Virus record (IMG/VR): IMGVR_UViG_2846856033_000001
Coordinates: 1-64,000 of that record
DNA: 64,000 bases
Strand: one strand, 5' to 3'
Source of the DNA: a virus
Taxonomy: Duplodnaviria > Caudoviricetes
Positions 8,946-17,750 of this stretch are shown here, one piece after another. The position numbers and the translations under genes are program-made. The notes beneath the pieces are model-generated. The model saw nothing but the letters and a program-made list of their open reading frames with translations. It had not been told where the DNA came from and searched no databases. Numbering within the stretch: position 1 is the stretch's first letter; each line of letters begins with the position of its first letter.

Positions 8946-9155
8946 ATGATCGAATTATTAAAGAAGTGCCAGAAATGCCACTGCCTGAAGGAAACTGGAT
9001 GCTATGGAACACGCAAAGGTCACCGGACCGGCTACTGTGAAATCAAATTCCAGGAAACCCGCGGTAAGTGGATCGCCAATTTCCCCACTCCGGACAAAAT
9101 CGGCAATTCGTTTATCGACAAGTTTGCTGATGATTCGACCAAATACCACGTTTAA
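8946..9155 (+). CDS. Small Cys-rich hypothetical protein
   Basis: CQKCHCL...C...C; GGAGG upstream. Confidence 0.5.
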   Translation: MIELLKKCQKCHCLKETGCYGTRKGHRTGYCEIKFQETRGKWIANFPTPDKIGNSFIDKFADDSTKYHV

Positions 9156-9170
9156 GAGGAGGTAGCCGTC

Positions 9171-9461
9171 ATGGGCGCCCAACAGTTACCTATGAATCTC
9201 AATCCGAACGCGGAAAAAGATAACCAGGCCTTCATGGAAATGGTCGAAAAGAATCACCGGCTTGAAATGAAACACGGCTCCGCTTTCCGCCGGGTCTTCG
9301 GTGTTAGTCTGCACAAGTATCTGAGTATTGCTACCGGCTTCGATGTGGTCGCCTTTGACGATGAAATAATCAAGGCCGAAGACGGAGTTTCTATCGCCGA
9401 TGCAATCAAACGTGATTACGGCGATGACGCGCTGAACATGGTCCGAGAACTGATTAGTTAG
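9171..9461 (+). CDS. Small hypothetical protein
   Basis: GAGGAGG RBS; TGFDVVAFD...YG..A. Confidence 0.7.
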   Translation: MGAQQLPMNLNPNAEKDNQAFMEMVEKNHRLEMKHGSAFRRVFGVSLHKYLSIATGFDVVAFDDEIIKAEDGVSIADAIKRDYGDDALNMVRELIS

Positions 9462-9530
9462 GTCTTCAAATACTCCCGGCCGGGTTGGTCGCCGGCCGGT
9501 GAATAATGACCAAGAGGAGGTGAAAAACAA

Positions 9531-10916
9531 TTGGAAATACGAGTTGACAAACTACGCAAAAACCTAGCCCTTCTCCAGCCGGTAGTACCCCGCAATCCGT
9601 CCCTGAAGGTCCTCACTAACGTCTTATTCAGGGACGGCGCCATACGCGCGACTGACCTGGAGGTTGAAGTCTCGATCGCTATGCCCGAGATAACCGGTAC
9701 CGCTTTTCTTCTACCCTACCGCCAAGCGATGGAGGTCTTAAAGTTCGTGCCCGGAGACCTGGTACTAAGTATCGCGCCCCAGGACAAATCGGTTAAGCTA
9801 TCCTGGACCGGCGGCAGCGCCGCTTACCCGGTACCTCTATACAACGACTTCCCGGATAGTGCGCTGCATGCCCCAGAGTCTGAGGCCATCGTCAACGGTG
9901 ATGTCCTAACCGGCGCCATGATGGACGCCCTCCACTACGTCAAGACCGGGACTGAAACCAACACCGTACCGGGCAAGAAGAGAGGCTCCAGAACAGTCAA
10001 AAGTAAAGATGCGGGAGTAAGCGTTTTATCCGGTGTCGGCGTTATGCTCGATGAGCATGTCCAGATCTGCGGAGCTGACGGATACCGCGCATCCTATGAA
10101 TCAACCAGGCTCTCATGGCCGGTCAGGCAGACGATAATCGTCCCCCCTGATACCGTTGGAATACTCGATCTCCTGTGGCACAAAGAGCCAGGAAAACCGG
10201 CGCTGAGTAATGACTTCATCGCACAGATCACGGCGGCGCGTCCTCTTAAACTCGGTATCTGGGAAGGCCGTATGAGCGCCCAGTTCGCCGACATTACTCT
10301 GGTTAGCACCCTCATCACCGGCACCTATCCGGATGTCCTGGCTTTACTCAACGGCTTCAAAGAGCCGATCAAAGTCAAATTCTTTGGTCCCGACCTGGAA
10401 ACCGCCGCCCGTCGCCTTGCTGCAGTTGCCAAAGAATCTACCGAGATTACCTACCTGGTCTGGAATGAGGCCGCGATGACCGTCTCCGCCCAGTCCGCCG
10501 AGGTCGGCGAAGTCAGCGCAGAGATTACCGTGCTTGAAGGCAGCCAGCTCGGCCGCATTGCCCTTAAATGCAGCTACCTGCTGGATTACTTGGCCGGGAA
10601 AACCGGACTGATCACCATGGGGAACGCAGGCCAAGACTCACCCGCTCTCTTCCACTACGGCAGCCGCCCTATCGTGGCAATCATGCCGATGAAAGCAATC
10701 TGGGGCGACGAGCCTGTCGAAGAGGCCAAGGCTCAGGAAGCCCCCGCGGCCGCGGACGAAGAAGCTCCAAGTACCGCCGAGAACACTGAACCAGAGGCGG
10801 TAAATGAAGAAGAGACCGGCGAACCCGGCGATGAGCCGGAGGAGGTCGAAGAGACCGGCGCAGAAACAGTTAATAATCCTGAACCGGCGGCAGTTGGGCC
10901 GGAATCTGAAGAGTAA
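9531..10916 (+). CDS. dnaN: DNA polymerase III beta subunit (sliding clamp), element-encoded, with long acidic tail
   Basis: VVPRNPSLKVLTNVL, RATDLEV, GADGYR, LITGTYPD, YLLDYL, AIMPM are beta-clamp signatures; GGAGGTG RBS, TTG start. Confidence 0.85.
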   Translation: MEIRVDKLRKNLALLQPVVPRNPSLKVLTNVLFRDGAIRATDLEVEVSIAMPEITGTAFLLPYRQAMEVLKFVPGDLVLSIAPQDKSVKLSWTGGSAAYPVPLYNDFPDSALHAPESEAIVNGDVLTGAMMDALHYVKTGTETNTVPGKKRGSRTVKSKDAGVSVLSGVGVMLDEHVQICGADGYRASYESTRLSWPVRQTIIVPPDTVGILDLLWHKEPGKPALSNDFIAQITAARPLKLGIWEGRMSAQFADITLVSTLITGTYPDVLALLNGFKEPIKVKFFGPDLETAARRLAAVAKESTEITYLVWNEAAMTVSAQSAEVGEVSAEITVLEGSQLGRIALKCSYLLDYLAGKTGLITMGNAGQDSPALFHYGSRPIVAIMPMKAIWGDEPVEEAKAQEAPAAADEEAPSTAENTEPEAVNEEETGEPGDEPEEVEETGAETVNNPEPAAVGPESEE

Positions 10917-11050
10917 GGAGGCGCCTGAAAGAAAGAGAAAACTGAATAGTGCGAGTCGACCATCTTTGGGAGGAGCGGGAAGTGGGGACACAACCCCCCG
11001 TTCCGTCCCTGAGATGGCGGCTTATTTATTGACTAAAAAGGAGGCCAATC

Positions 11051-11365
11051 GTGGTACAAGCTAATAGACTCGTGAAATTCCCTACCGGACAAATGGCCCT
11101 CACCGCCGGAGTTAACGGCCTGGTGGCCGAGAATGAGGACTTTGCCAAATTCGTAACCGAGAGCCTTGGCCGGCACCTTAAGGGCGATTGGGGTGATGTG
11201 TGCGTTGAGGATAAAAAGGCTAATGACGAAGCAGTGAAAGCGGGAGACCGGATGCTCTCCGCCTATAACGATGACCGTTTCCCTAAGAACGGGAACGCGA
11301 CGATCTGGATTATCACAGAGGGAGACCGGTCGGTAACTACCGTACTCTTCCCGGATGAGTACTAA
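11051..11365 (+). CDS. Conserved plasmid/ICE hypothetical protein (GDWG...LLPDEY type)
   Basis: RHLKGDWGDV...RMLSAY...IWIITEGDRSVTTVLFPDEY. Confidence 0.8.
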   Translation: MVQANRLVKFPTGQMALTAGVNGLVAENEDFAKFVTESLGRHLKGDWGDVCVEDKKANDEAVKAGDRMLSAYNDDRFPKNGNATIWIITEGDRSVTTVLFPDEY

Positions 11366-11383
11366 ATTCAAGGAGGTGCAGAT

Positions 11384-11563
11384 ATGAAATTCTGCCCTGA
11401 TTGCGGCAAACCGGTACACCTTACAAGCACAATAACCTCTGAGGTTATCCTGGCGGATGAAAAACGAATTCAATTTGAGTATGCCTGCCCTGATGACCGC
11501 CACAGATGGCAGGAGCTCATCGACCCGTACGGCGGCTATACCATCTTCCGGGAGGCAATCTAG
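11384..11563 (+). CDS. 59-aa zinc-ribbon protein (below the ORF-track cutoff)
   Basis: AGGAGGTG RBS; MKFCPDCGKPV...YACPDDRHRW. Confidence 0.7.
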   Translation: MKFCPDCGKPVHLTSTITSEVILADEKRIQFEYACPDDRHRWQELIDPYGGYTIFREAI

Positions 11564-11766
11564 TGGCCCGGGTTATAACGCTGGAAAAACACCTGTTATC
11601 AAACGGCGATACTGCCTGTGTTAAAAGACTGGGACGCAAATACTACTTTGAGCGCCTGCATCCCAGTTTTACGACGCCCCCGGAGACATCTCCGAACACG
11701 AGCAAAAATGAAGCCATGAAACTGTTGGAGGACTGCCTGAAGGCAGACGTTCTGGAGAGTGATTAA
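11563..11766 (+). CDS. Small hypothetical protein
   Basis: GTG overlapping the upstream TAG; GGGAGG RBS. Confidence 0.55.
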   Translation: MARVITLEKHLLSNGDTACVKRLGRKYYFERLHPSFTTPPETSPNTSKNEAMKLLEDCLKADVLESD

Positions 11767-11991
11767 AACGCTCTCTTGACAAGATGCAGCGCGGAAATCA
11801 ATAAGCTTTTGGTTGTAGATGAGAAACACGGTGTTCTGGCCAGCGGTGAGGACGGGAAACTTCAGGCGATCGATTACTCGGAATATAGCATCCACAGCTT
11901 CTCCTGTCCAAAATGCGTAGACGAAATCTACACCCTCCGCAATCGCCCGGACCTGGCCACCAAGTTCCTAAGAACCAGCAGGATGTTATGA
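11759..11991 (+). pseudogene. Probably frameshifted zinc-ribbon gene
   Basis: GGAG + GTG 11759 gives MIKTLS*; one extra base near 11778 would give MIKTLSCTRC...SCPKC with paired CxxC motifs. Confidence 0.45.
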
Positions 11992-12102
11992 TCCGTTGAC
12001 TCTGACGACGAGCTGCCGAAATAGCTTCATAAGCGGCTTATAAGCCGCTCGGCGCCAGGGATGAACGGATGATCCGTTCAAGCAAATTATTGGAGGTAAA
12101 TC

Positions 12103-12570
12103 ATGACCACAGATGGAAAGCCCGTGGCCAATACTGGCCCAGCACCCATACCCGGCCAGAAGCCGGACACTACGCCTGCTCCGCCGCCTATTCCGGAGCC
12201 TAAGAAACGCATATTCGTCGTGGATGGTCGCCAATTTCCGGATCCGAACGAAAAGATGACCGTCGAAGAAGTTCGTCAGCATATGACGGATTTTTTCCCA
12301 GAATTAGCCAATGCTGAAACCGAAACCGCTAAAAGCGGGAACGACGATGTGTACACGTTCAAAAAACGTGTAGGAACGAAAGGTAGCTCGCTTAAGGTCT
12401 ATGCAGTCGGGGCCGTCTGGGGTGGCTGCATTGAGGAAGTATCAGGCTTTTTGACCGTAGAAAAGGCTAAGACTCAACTGGACAGCATACACCAAAGATG
12501 GGGACTTAATCCTCAGCACGAAGCCGAAAGTAATCATGCGGTAAGTATTGTACCTATTGAGGTAGGATAA
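12103..12570 (+). CDS. PRTRC protein C-like ubiquitin-like protein with Pro-rich leader and C-terminal extension
   Basis: RIFVVDGRQFPDPNEKMTVEEVR...FFPELANA...YTFKKRVGTKG, followed by 61 more residues. Confidence 0.8.
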   Translation: MTTDGKPVANTGPAPIPGQKPDTTPAPPPIPEPKKRIFVVDGRQFPDPNEKMTVEEVRQHMTDFFPELANAETETAKSGNDDVYTFKKRVGTKGSSLKVYAVGAVWGGCIEEVSGFLTVEKAKTQLDSIHQRWGLNPQHEAESNHAVSIVPIEVG

Positions 12571-12571
12571 C

Positions 12572-12814
12572 GTGTCTGCCGAGTCTGAAGACATCGAACA
12601 AGTCGTCAAGGCCATCCGTACAGTCCCCCCCAAAAGCCTGCTCTTGATTGAGCTCGCCAATTCAATCCCGGTGGTCAATGGAGTCTTCGACTACCAGGCG
12701 CTCGCGAACAAGAAACCGGAAATCGAGCTGGCTATCGTCGAAGCTAAGACCTACGGCTCATATACTCTGGTGACAGTGGAGGCTTTAGCCGGCTTGAAGG
12801 GGGTGACAGGCTAA
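12572..12814 (+). CDS. Small helical hypothetical protein within the Ubl cassette
   Basis: GAGGTAGG RBS, GTG start, coupled to the next gene (TAATG). Confidence 0.65.
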   Translation: MSAESEDIEQVVKAIRTVPPKSLLLIELANSIPVVNGVFDYQALANKKPEIELAIVEAKTYGSYTLVTVEALAGLKGVTG

Positions 12815-14124
12815 TGTGGGACCTTGATACACTCATTAGACAAAACAATCAAGCCGCTCTCGATTGGATGATGCGCAGCCGGAAAGTTGAGCAGGTCCAG
12901 GAGCCGAAGCCGGAAAACTGGGCGCTTTCACTGCTCGCAGACAAAATGAAGGCCGGGCCCATCAACATCGAGACGCTCATGGCCTACTTCACCGACATCA
13001 AGAGCATCGAGAAATTCGTCGCCCTGATTCGTAAATTCCTGCCCGACTCCGAGAGCGAGATAATGTCGCAAAACAGGAACCGGCGCGTATATCGATTTTG
13101 TACTCTCTTCAGTAAAAAGTACTATCCGATCCCGCGCCGGGCCTATGACTGGGATATCGACAAATTTACCGGTAACATGCCGGTTGACCTGATGGGGATG
13201 TCCTATTCCGCTTATCATGAGCTGGATATGCGCGTCGGCTATCTCCTGCTGCTTTCGCTTATCGTTTACCCCTACGAAGGCGACGAGAGAGACGAATACG
13301 ATGACGCGGTGCCGTTTAATCCTCTGGATTACCCGGCCAAGAAATTCAAACCCTCCCGCGAGGACGAGAACTGGTTAGCAGACCTGGTTAGGTCGCTCGC
13401 GGATGGTGGCAAGTGGATCGCCCCGATGGGATTCACAGTAGTAAAGATTAATAACAGTAAAATCCGACTGAAAGAGGCGGAGAATACCCCTGTAGTAAAG
13501 GAGACCATCGCCCGCACCTTGATGATCGCCAAGAGAATAGGAATAGAGTCGGAGGTCATCGCCGGCAGAACAGCCCGGGATAAATTAGCAGCCGCCAAAG
13601 TCCCCCTCCTCGATAAGCTTCAGAATCTTGTCGGGTCTGCCCTGGCAAACCGTGTTCCAAGGGCTGGCTGGCAACCAGACCAGCTCCATAAAATGACTGA
13701 CGGGACAAAATACGAAGGCTGCGGAGAATTCGCGGATTACGCCTGTGGTATTACTGGGTGCGAGGTTCTTGACTACGCTTATGACGGGGTAGAGTACGTC
13801 GAAGGGGAATCCGAGCCCTACTTCCGATGGGGAGATTATAACGTCAACCAGTTAACCAATCAGTGGCCAAAAGTCGAAGTAATCCGCGCGAAAATCGACC
13901 ACATCGTTGAATGGCTCGAAGCGAATGAGGAGGTTAACTTCCAGGAACTGTTAGAATTCCTGCTCTCTCAACCTCAGCCGAAAAAGGAAAAACTTCCGGC
14001 CGAACGAGAACACCATTGTAATTTGGACACTATAACCCAGGAAGAGGCCGAGGAAAAAAACGAAGACCACCTCGAGGAGGACAGATATGACCAATTCACC
14101 TTACGACAAGAAGCCCCTATTTAA
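12814..14124 (+). CDS. Hypothetical protein at the position of PRTRC protein F
   Basis: 436-aa ORF between Ubl and E2; positional inference only. Confidence 0.55.
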   Translation: MWDLDTLIRQNNQAALDWMMRSRKVEQVQEPKPENWALSLLADKMKAGPINIETLMAYFTDIKSIEKFVALIRKFLPDSESEIMSQNRNRRVYRFCTLFSKKYYPIPRRAYDWDIDKFTGNMPVDLMGMSYSAYHELDMRVGYLLLLSLIVYPYEGDERDEYDDAVPFNPLDYPAKKFKPSREDENWLADLVRSLADGGKWIAPMGFTVVKINNSKIRLKEAENTPVVKETIARTLMIAKRIGIESEVIAGRTARDKLAAAKVPLLDKLQNLVGSALANRVPRAGWQPDQLHKMTDGTKYEGCGEFADYACGITGCEVLDYAYDGVEYVEGESEPYFRWGDYNVNQLTNQWPKVEVIRAKIDHIVEWLEANEEVNFQELLEFLLSQPQPKKEKLPAEREHHCNLDTITQEEAEEKNEDHLEEDRYDQFTLRQEAPI

Positions 14125-14788
14125 CTGGGCGATACCCGCAGAGCTTGGGATCCCACCGGACCCGATACGGCTTAGACTGGACTTTCATCACCAGGCTGTT
14201 GAACTCACGGATTTTGAAGGAGACACGGTCACAACCAAAGTGGTATCCGCGCACGATATCGCGGAAGCCCTGGCCAATGAAATCTCATTCAACTCCGGCC
14301 TGCTGCCGGAAAATACGCTCTGGTGGCGGAATAGCCGCAGCGGCTCGATCATCGCCTTATACGAAAAGCCGCGAACCCGCAAAGTGGCCCTTCAGGAAGA
14401 TATAAACAAGCCGGCGCAGCGCTTCACTATCCCTCTGCCGGGACTGGTCTTCTTATGCTCTCCGGGCCGGCCGCCGTGGGTTTACGCGGTCAAGAAAAAA
14501 CCGACCAAAGAAGCAGACAGGGTATTTAAGGCGCCGCTGCTCAACGTCTTCGCTAACGGCCTCACCTGTCCCGGCAGCCATCATTATCCGGAGCGCGTCG
14601 CTGATGTGGTTGAAAGCTTTTTTGTCAGCTTCTTCAGCAATACCGCCGATCTAGCGAACAGGTCGAAACGGTTCCCGAATAGTGTTGTTCAGCTCTGGAA
14701 GTTCCTGGATAAAAAGACCTCGTACCCCTGCGAAGACCTCGTTGAGCACGGCAGCGTAGAAGACCTGCTCAAAATGGAAATGCGTTAG
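14087..14788 (+). CDS. Prokaryotic E2 family D protein (PRTRC protein B-like)
   Basis: SGLLPENTLWW, IPLPGLVF, APLLNVFANGLTCPG (candidate catalytic Cys), FFVSFFS. Confidence 0.8.
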   Translation: MTNSPYDKKPLFNWAIPAELGIPPDPIRLRLDFHHQAVELTDFEGDTVTTKVVSAHDIAEALANEISFNSGLLPENTLWWRNSRSGSIIALYEKPRTRKVALQEDINKPAQRFTIPLPGLVFLCSPGRPPWVYAVKKKPTKEADRVFKAPLLNVFANGLTCPGSHHYPERVADVVESFFVSFFSNTADLANRSKRFPNSVVQLWKFLDKKTSYPCEDLVEHGSVEDLLKMEMR

Positions 14789-15484
14789 ATGTCACAGCCA
14801 ATTGTGGGTTATCTACTTCACCGTTTCGGCTGCATTGAGGGCGACATGGGCCTCGGGTACAACTACATCCTTTCGGGAAATGGAATATTTATCTCGGCTC
14901 AAAACCAATACCTTGATGCTTGCATACCTGTAGCTGGCTGCCAGATACGGGGATTGACCGAGACCGAAGCGCATGTCAAATTAATCCACGGCAAAATCCC
15001 CCAGGCACTGTTTGACCTGGCACTGAACACCGCTCTGGTCAAAAAGGAGAAGGAGGTTTACTTCGCCCTGACATGGGAAAATGGATACCATCTTTTCTTA
15101 ACCGGACAGCAAGGTGAGGTGGGACAGGTAAAATACGCCGTCCTGGATATTACGGTGATGGACATACACTCTCACGGTAAAATCGGTACGCGGTTCAGCC
15201 ACACCGATGATAAAGACGAACAGGGCTTCAAACTAAGCTGCCTGGTCGGAGATCTCGATAAAGTCCCCCGGGTAGGCGTTCGAATCGGCGTCTACGGAAA
15301 CTTCTTAGCCCTACCCTGGGGCGATGTCTTTAGTGGCAGTTTAACCGGCGCGGTCGACGTCCTAAAAGATTATGAAGAGGAGGAGAAAGCCGAAATTGAA
15401 TTATCGAGTACAAATCAGTTGCAACAAGATCTTAGTTGTGGGGGCTGGTGGAACCGGTTCTTTGGTAGTCGATGGATTATGTAG
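14789..15484 (+). CDS. JAB/MPN-domain isopeptidase (PRTRC protein A-like)
   Basis: E...DIHSHG....FSHTDDKDE JAMM motif; YILSGNGIF and RIGVYGNF. Confidence 0.85.
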   Translation: MSQPIVGYLLHRFGCIEGDMGLGYNYILSGNGIFISAQNQYLDACIPVAGCQIRGLTETEAHVKLIHGKIPQALFDLALNTALVKKEKEVYFALTWENGYHLFLTGQQGEVGQVKYAVLDITVMDIHSHGKIGTRFSHTDDKDEQGFKLSCLVGDLDKVPRVGVRIGVYGNFLALPWGDVFSGSLTGAVDVLKDYEEEEKAEIELSSTNQLQQDLSCGGWWNRFFGSRWIM

Positions 15485-16211
15485 ACTCCTGGTCGGCCAC
15501 GAAGAGGCTCCGCTATTCATTATCGACCCGGACCGAGTAGAAGCACAGAACGTCCGCCGGCAGAATTTCTACCTCGGCGATATCGGTAAATTCAAATCCC
15601 AAGTACTTGCTGAGAGATATAGCCGGCTATATGGGCGCCAGATCGCCTACAGTGTCTACCCTTTCGAAAGGGACATGGTGGAGCACGGCAACGGCCAATT
15701 CCATTCTGAGCTCGCTGTAAACGCCCTGATCATCGGCTGCGTAGACAACTACATGGCCCGCCGGAGCATTGCCGAAAGCATCAAAAGCCTGAACTGGTGG
15801 CTGGACGCCGGCAATAGTTACCACTCCGGCCAGGTCCTGTTCGGCAACGTGGAAAGTTTAGAATCCATGGTGAACACGTTTGATGACAAGCTTGGCGTAG
15901 TGAAACATTTGCCAATGCCGTCTGTCCAGATGCCAGAGCTCCTGATGCCCTCCCCCTTGCCCGTAAAACAGCAGGATTGTGCCGATGCTGTCGAGGACAA
16001 CCTTCAAAGCCCGGTGATCAACCACGCCATGGCTACTCTGGTACTTGAATTCGTCCACCGGATCATCACCAACAAGCTCGAGTGGATGGGAGCCTACCTG
16101 GATATGGAAGCCGGGACCCTCAAGACCGTACCCATTAACGAGGTGACCGTCTCCCGGATGTTATCAATGCAGGTTAATGACCTGAAGTATTGCCCAAATA
16201 GAAAATTTTAG
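15396..16211 (+). CDS. ThiF/E1-like adenylyltransferase (PRTRC ThiF-like)
   Basis: VVGAGGTGS, DPDRVEAQNVRRQNF, IGCVDN, WLDAGN, DCADA...QSPVIN; TTG start after GGAGGAG. Confidence 0.9.
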   Translation: MNYRVQISCNKILVVGAGGTGSLVVDGLCRLLVGHEEAPLFIIDPDRVEAQNVRRQNFYLGDIGKFKSQVLAERYSRLYGRQIAYSVYPFERDMVEHGNGQFHSELAVNALIIGCVDNYMARRSIAESIKSLNWWLDAGNSYHSGQVLFGNVESLESMVNTFDDKLGVVKHLPMPSVQMPELLMPSPLPVKQQDCADAVEDNLQSPVINHAMATLVLEFVHRIITNKLEWMGAYLDMEAGTLKTVPINEVTVSRMLSMQVNDLKYCPNRKF

Positions 16212-16221
16212 GAGGTAAATT

Positions 16222-16794
16222 ATGGGACCAGTAGACAATCAAGAAGAAAAATCCCTTGTGACAACGACTCCGCCCATCACCGAATTAAAGCCGGAAACAG
16301 CGGCGGCCGTTGTCGAAGTCGCGGAGAAGGCCGCGGAAATGATTAAAGCGGACATCCCACCCGCAGCGGCGCCGGTCGAGTTAATTCCGGTCGAAAACGC
16401 GCCGACCCACCCGAACGCTCAGACATTGGAGAGGGAACCGGAGACCGGCGAGGTTAAACCGGCCGGAGTAAAACCGGTGCTGAAAGTCGCCCCGAAAATC
16501 AAGATCGTCATTAATCACTACGCCGGAGCGGCCCTGGTCGGAGTCCAGCGAGGAGACGCTGACCCGATATTTACATTGGTAAATGGTTCGATCAAGGACG
16601 CCGTCGCCAGGATTCCCGACTTACTGGTCAGCGCCAGTGAAATGTGGGCGAAGACCACTAGGAATCCGGTCGCAGTCCTGCCCACCAAACCGGCGACCAC
16701 ATCCTCTTCGACTAAGGCATACACGCCGCCCAAGCCTTCCGCCCCGGCGAAACCGGCCGCGCCCAAGCCCGGCGAAATGAAATCCATGATGTAA
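16222..16794 (+). CDS. Hypothetical protein with Pro/Ala/Lys-rich tails (possible PRTRC protein E analogue)
   Basis: AGGAGGT RBS; small central domain flanked by low-complexity segments. Confidence 0.55.
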   Translation: MGPVDNQEEKSLVTTTPPITELKPETAAAVVEVAEKAAEMIKADIPPAAAPVELIPVENAPTHPNAQTLEREPETGEVKPAGVKPVLKVAPKIKIVINHYAGAALVGVQRGDADPIFTLVNGSIKDAVARIPDLLVSASEMWAKTTRNPVAVLPTKPATTSSSTKAYTPPKPSAPAKPAAPKPGEMKSMM

Positions 16795-16838
16795 AATACC
16801 GGCAATTACCGGTAAATAACGGAATATGGAGGTAAAGT

Positions 16839-17750
16839 ATGGTAATGCAAGCAAGGTATCTTTCCTGCGCGGAAACCGCCAAGCTCGTCCGCGCCGCCCT
16901 GGCCAAGAATTTCCCCGGCGTGAAATTCAGCGTTAGGTCAAGCGAATACGCCGGCGGCGCCTCGATCGACGTCCGGTGGACCCTGGGCCCGACTGTCAAA
17001 GAGGTCGACGACATAGCTGGCCAGTACGAGTCCGCTTCTTTCGACGGCATGATCGACATGGAAACCCACTATTCCCACTGGCTGATGCTGGATGGCTCTA
17101 CCCGGATTGAAAGCGGCCCCGGGACCGAGGGCTCTAGGGGTGTTATTCCTGCGATTGAACCCCAGCCGCGGCCTGAAGGCGCGGAGCTCGTCCACTTTGG
17201 CGCCCATTACGTTCAGTGCGCACGGAAACTACGCGAGAATTACGAAGATGAAATGAAATTCCGCACACAGGTCGCCCAGGACATGAGTATCCTGCAGAAG
17301 GTCGCCTATACCGGCCCCAACACAATTCACCTTTTCGGAGATGGTGACACGGAGCAGGTCGATCAACACGCCTGGCGTTTGATAAATCAAACATCCTTCA
17401 AGCCAGGCGAAGAATACGCCGGCGTGCGCTACTCAACTGAGGAAGAGCGCAACTCCGAAGGCTGGGATCCCTGGGCGGTCTTCGTGATCGTCAAGAAATC
17501 GCCAGCGCCGGAGATCGATGGTGGTATTCTCCATCCCGGTACGCTGAACGTCAATCCCGGCATTAAAATCCGAGAAAATGAAGTCCATAAGGGAATAGAG
17601 ATCGAATTCCCTAGTAAGCCGCCGGCGCTGGTGATAAATGAGATGAAGGCTAACGGCTGGCGCTGGTCACATACCGGCGGGTTCTGGTATAACAAGCAGA
17701 CCCCCGATAATAAGAAGTTCGCTCTGGGATTGCAAAATGGTAATCAGTAA
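16839..17750 (+). CDS. LPD29-domain (polyvalent-protein-associated) protein
   Basis: ETAKLVRAALAKNFPGVKFSVRS..YAGGASIDVRW..GPT...FDGMID; C-terminal GIEIEFPSKP...MKANGWRWS. Confidence 0.8.
   Translation: MVMQARYLSCAETAKLVRAALAKNFPGVKFSVRSSEYAGGASIDVRWTLGPTVKEVDDIAGQYESASFDGMIDMETHYSHWLMLDGSTRIESGPGTEGSRGVIPAIEPQPRPEGAELVHFGAHYVQCARKLRENYEDEMKFRTQVAQDMSILQKVAYTGPNTIHLFGDGDTEQVDQHAWRLINQTSFKPGEEYAGVRYSTEEERNSEGWDPWAVFVIVKKSPAPEIDGGILHPGTLNVNPGIKIRENEVHKGIEIEFPSKPPALVINEMKANGWRWSHTGGFWYNKQTPDNKKFALGLQNGNQ

Noticed and set aside
12002-12030. Hammerhead ribozyme (CTGACGA...GAAA)
   Set aside because: The bases that must close stem II are C and C and cannot pair; no consistent stems I and III
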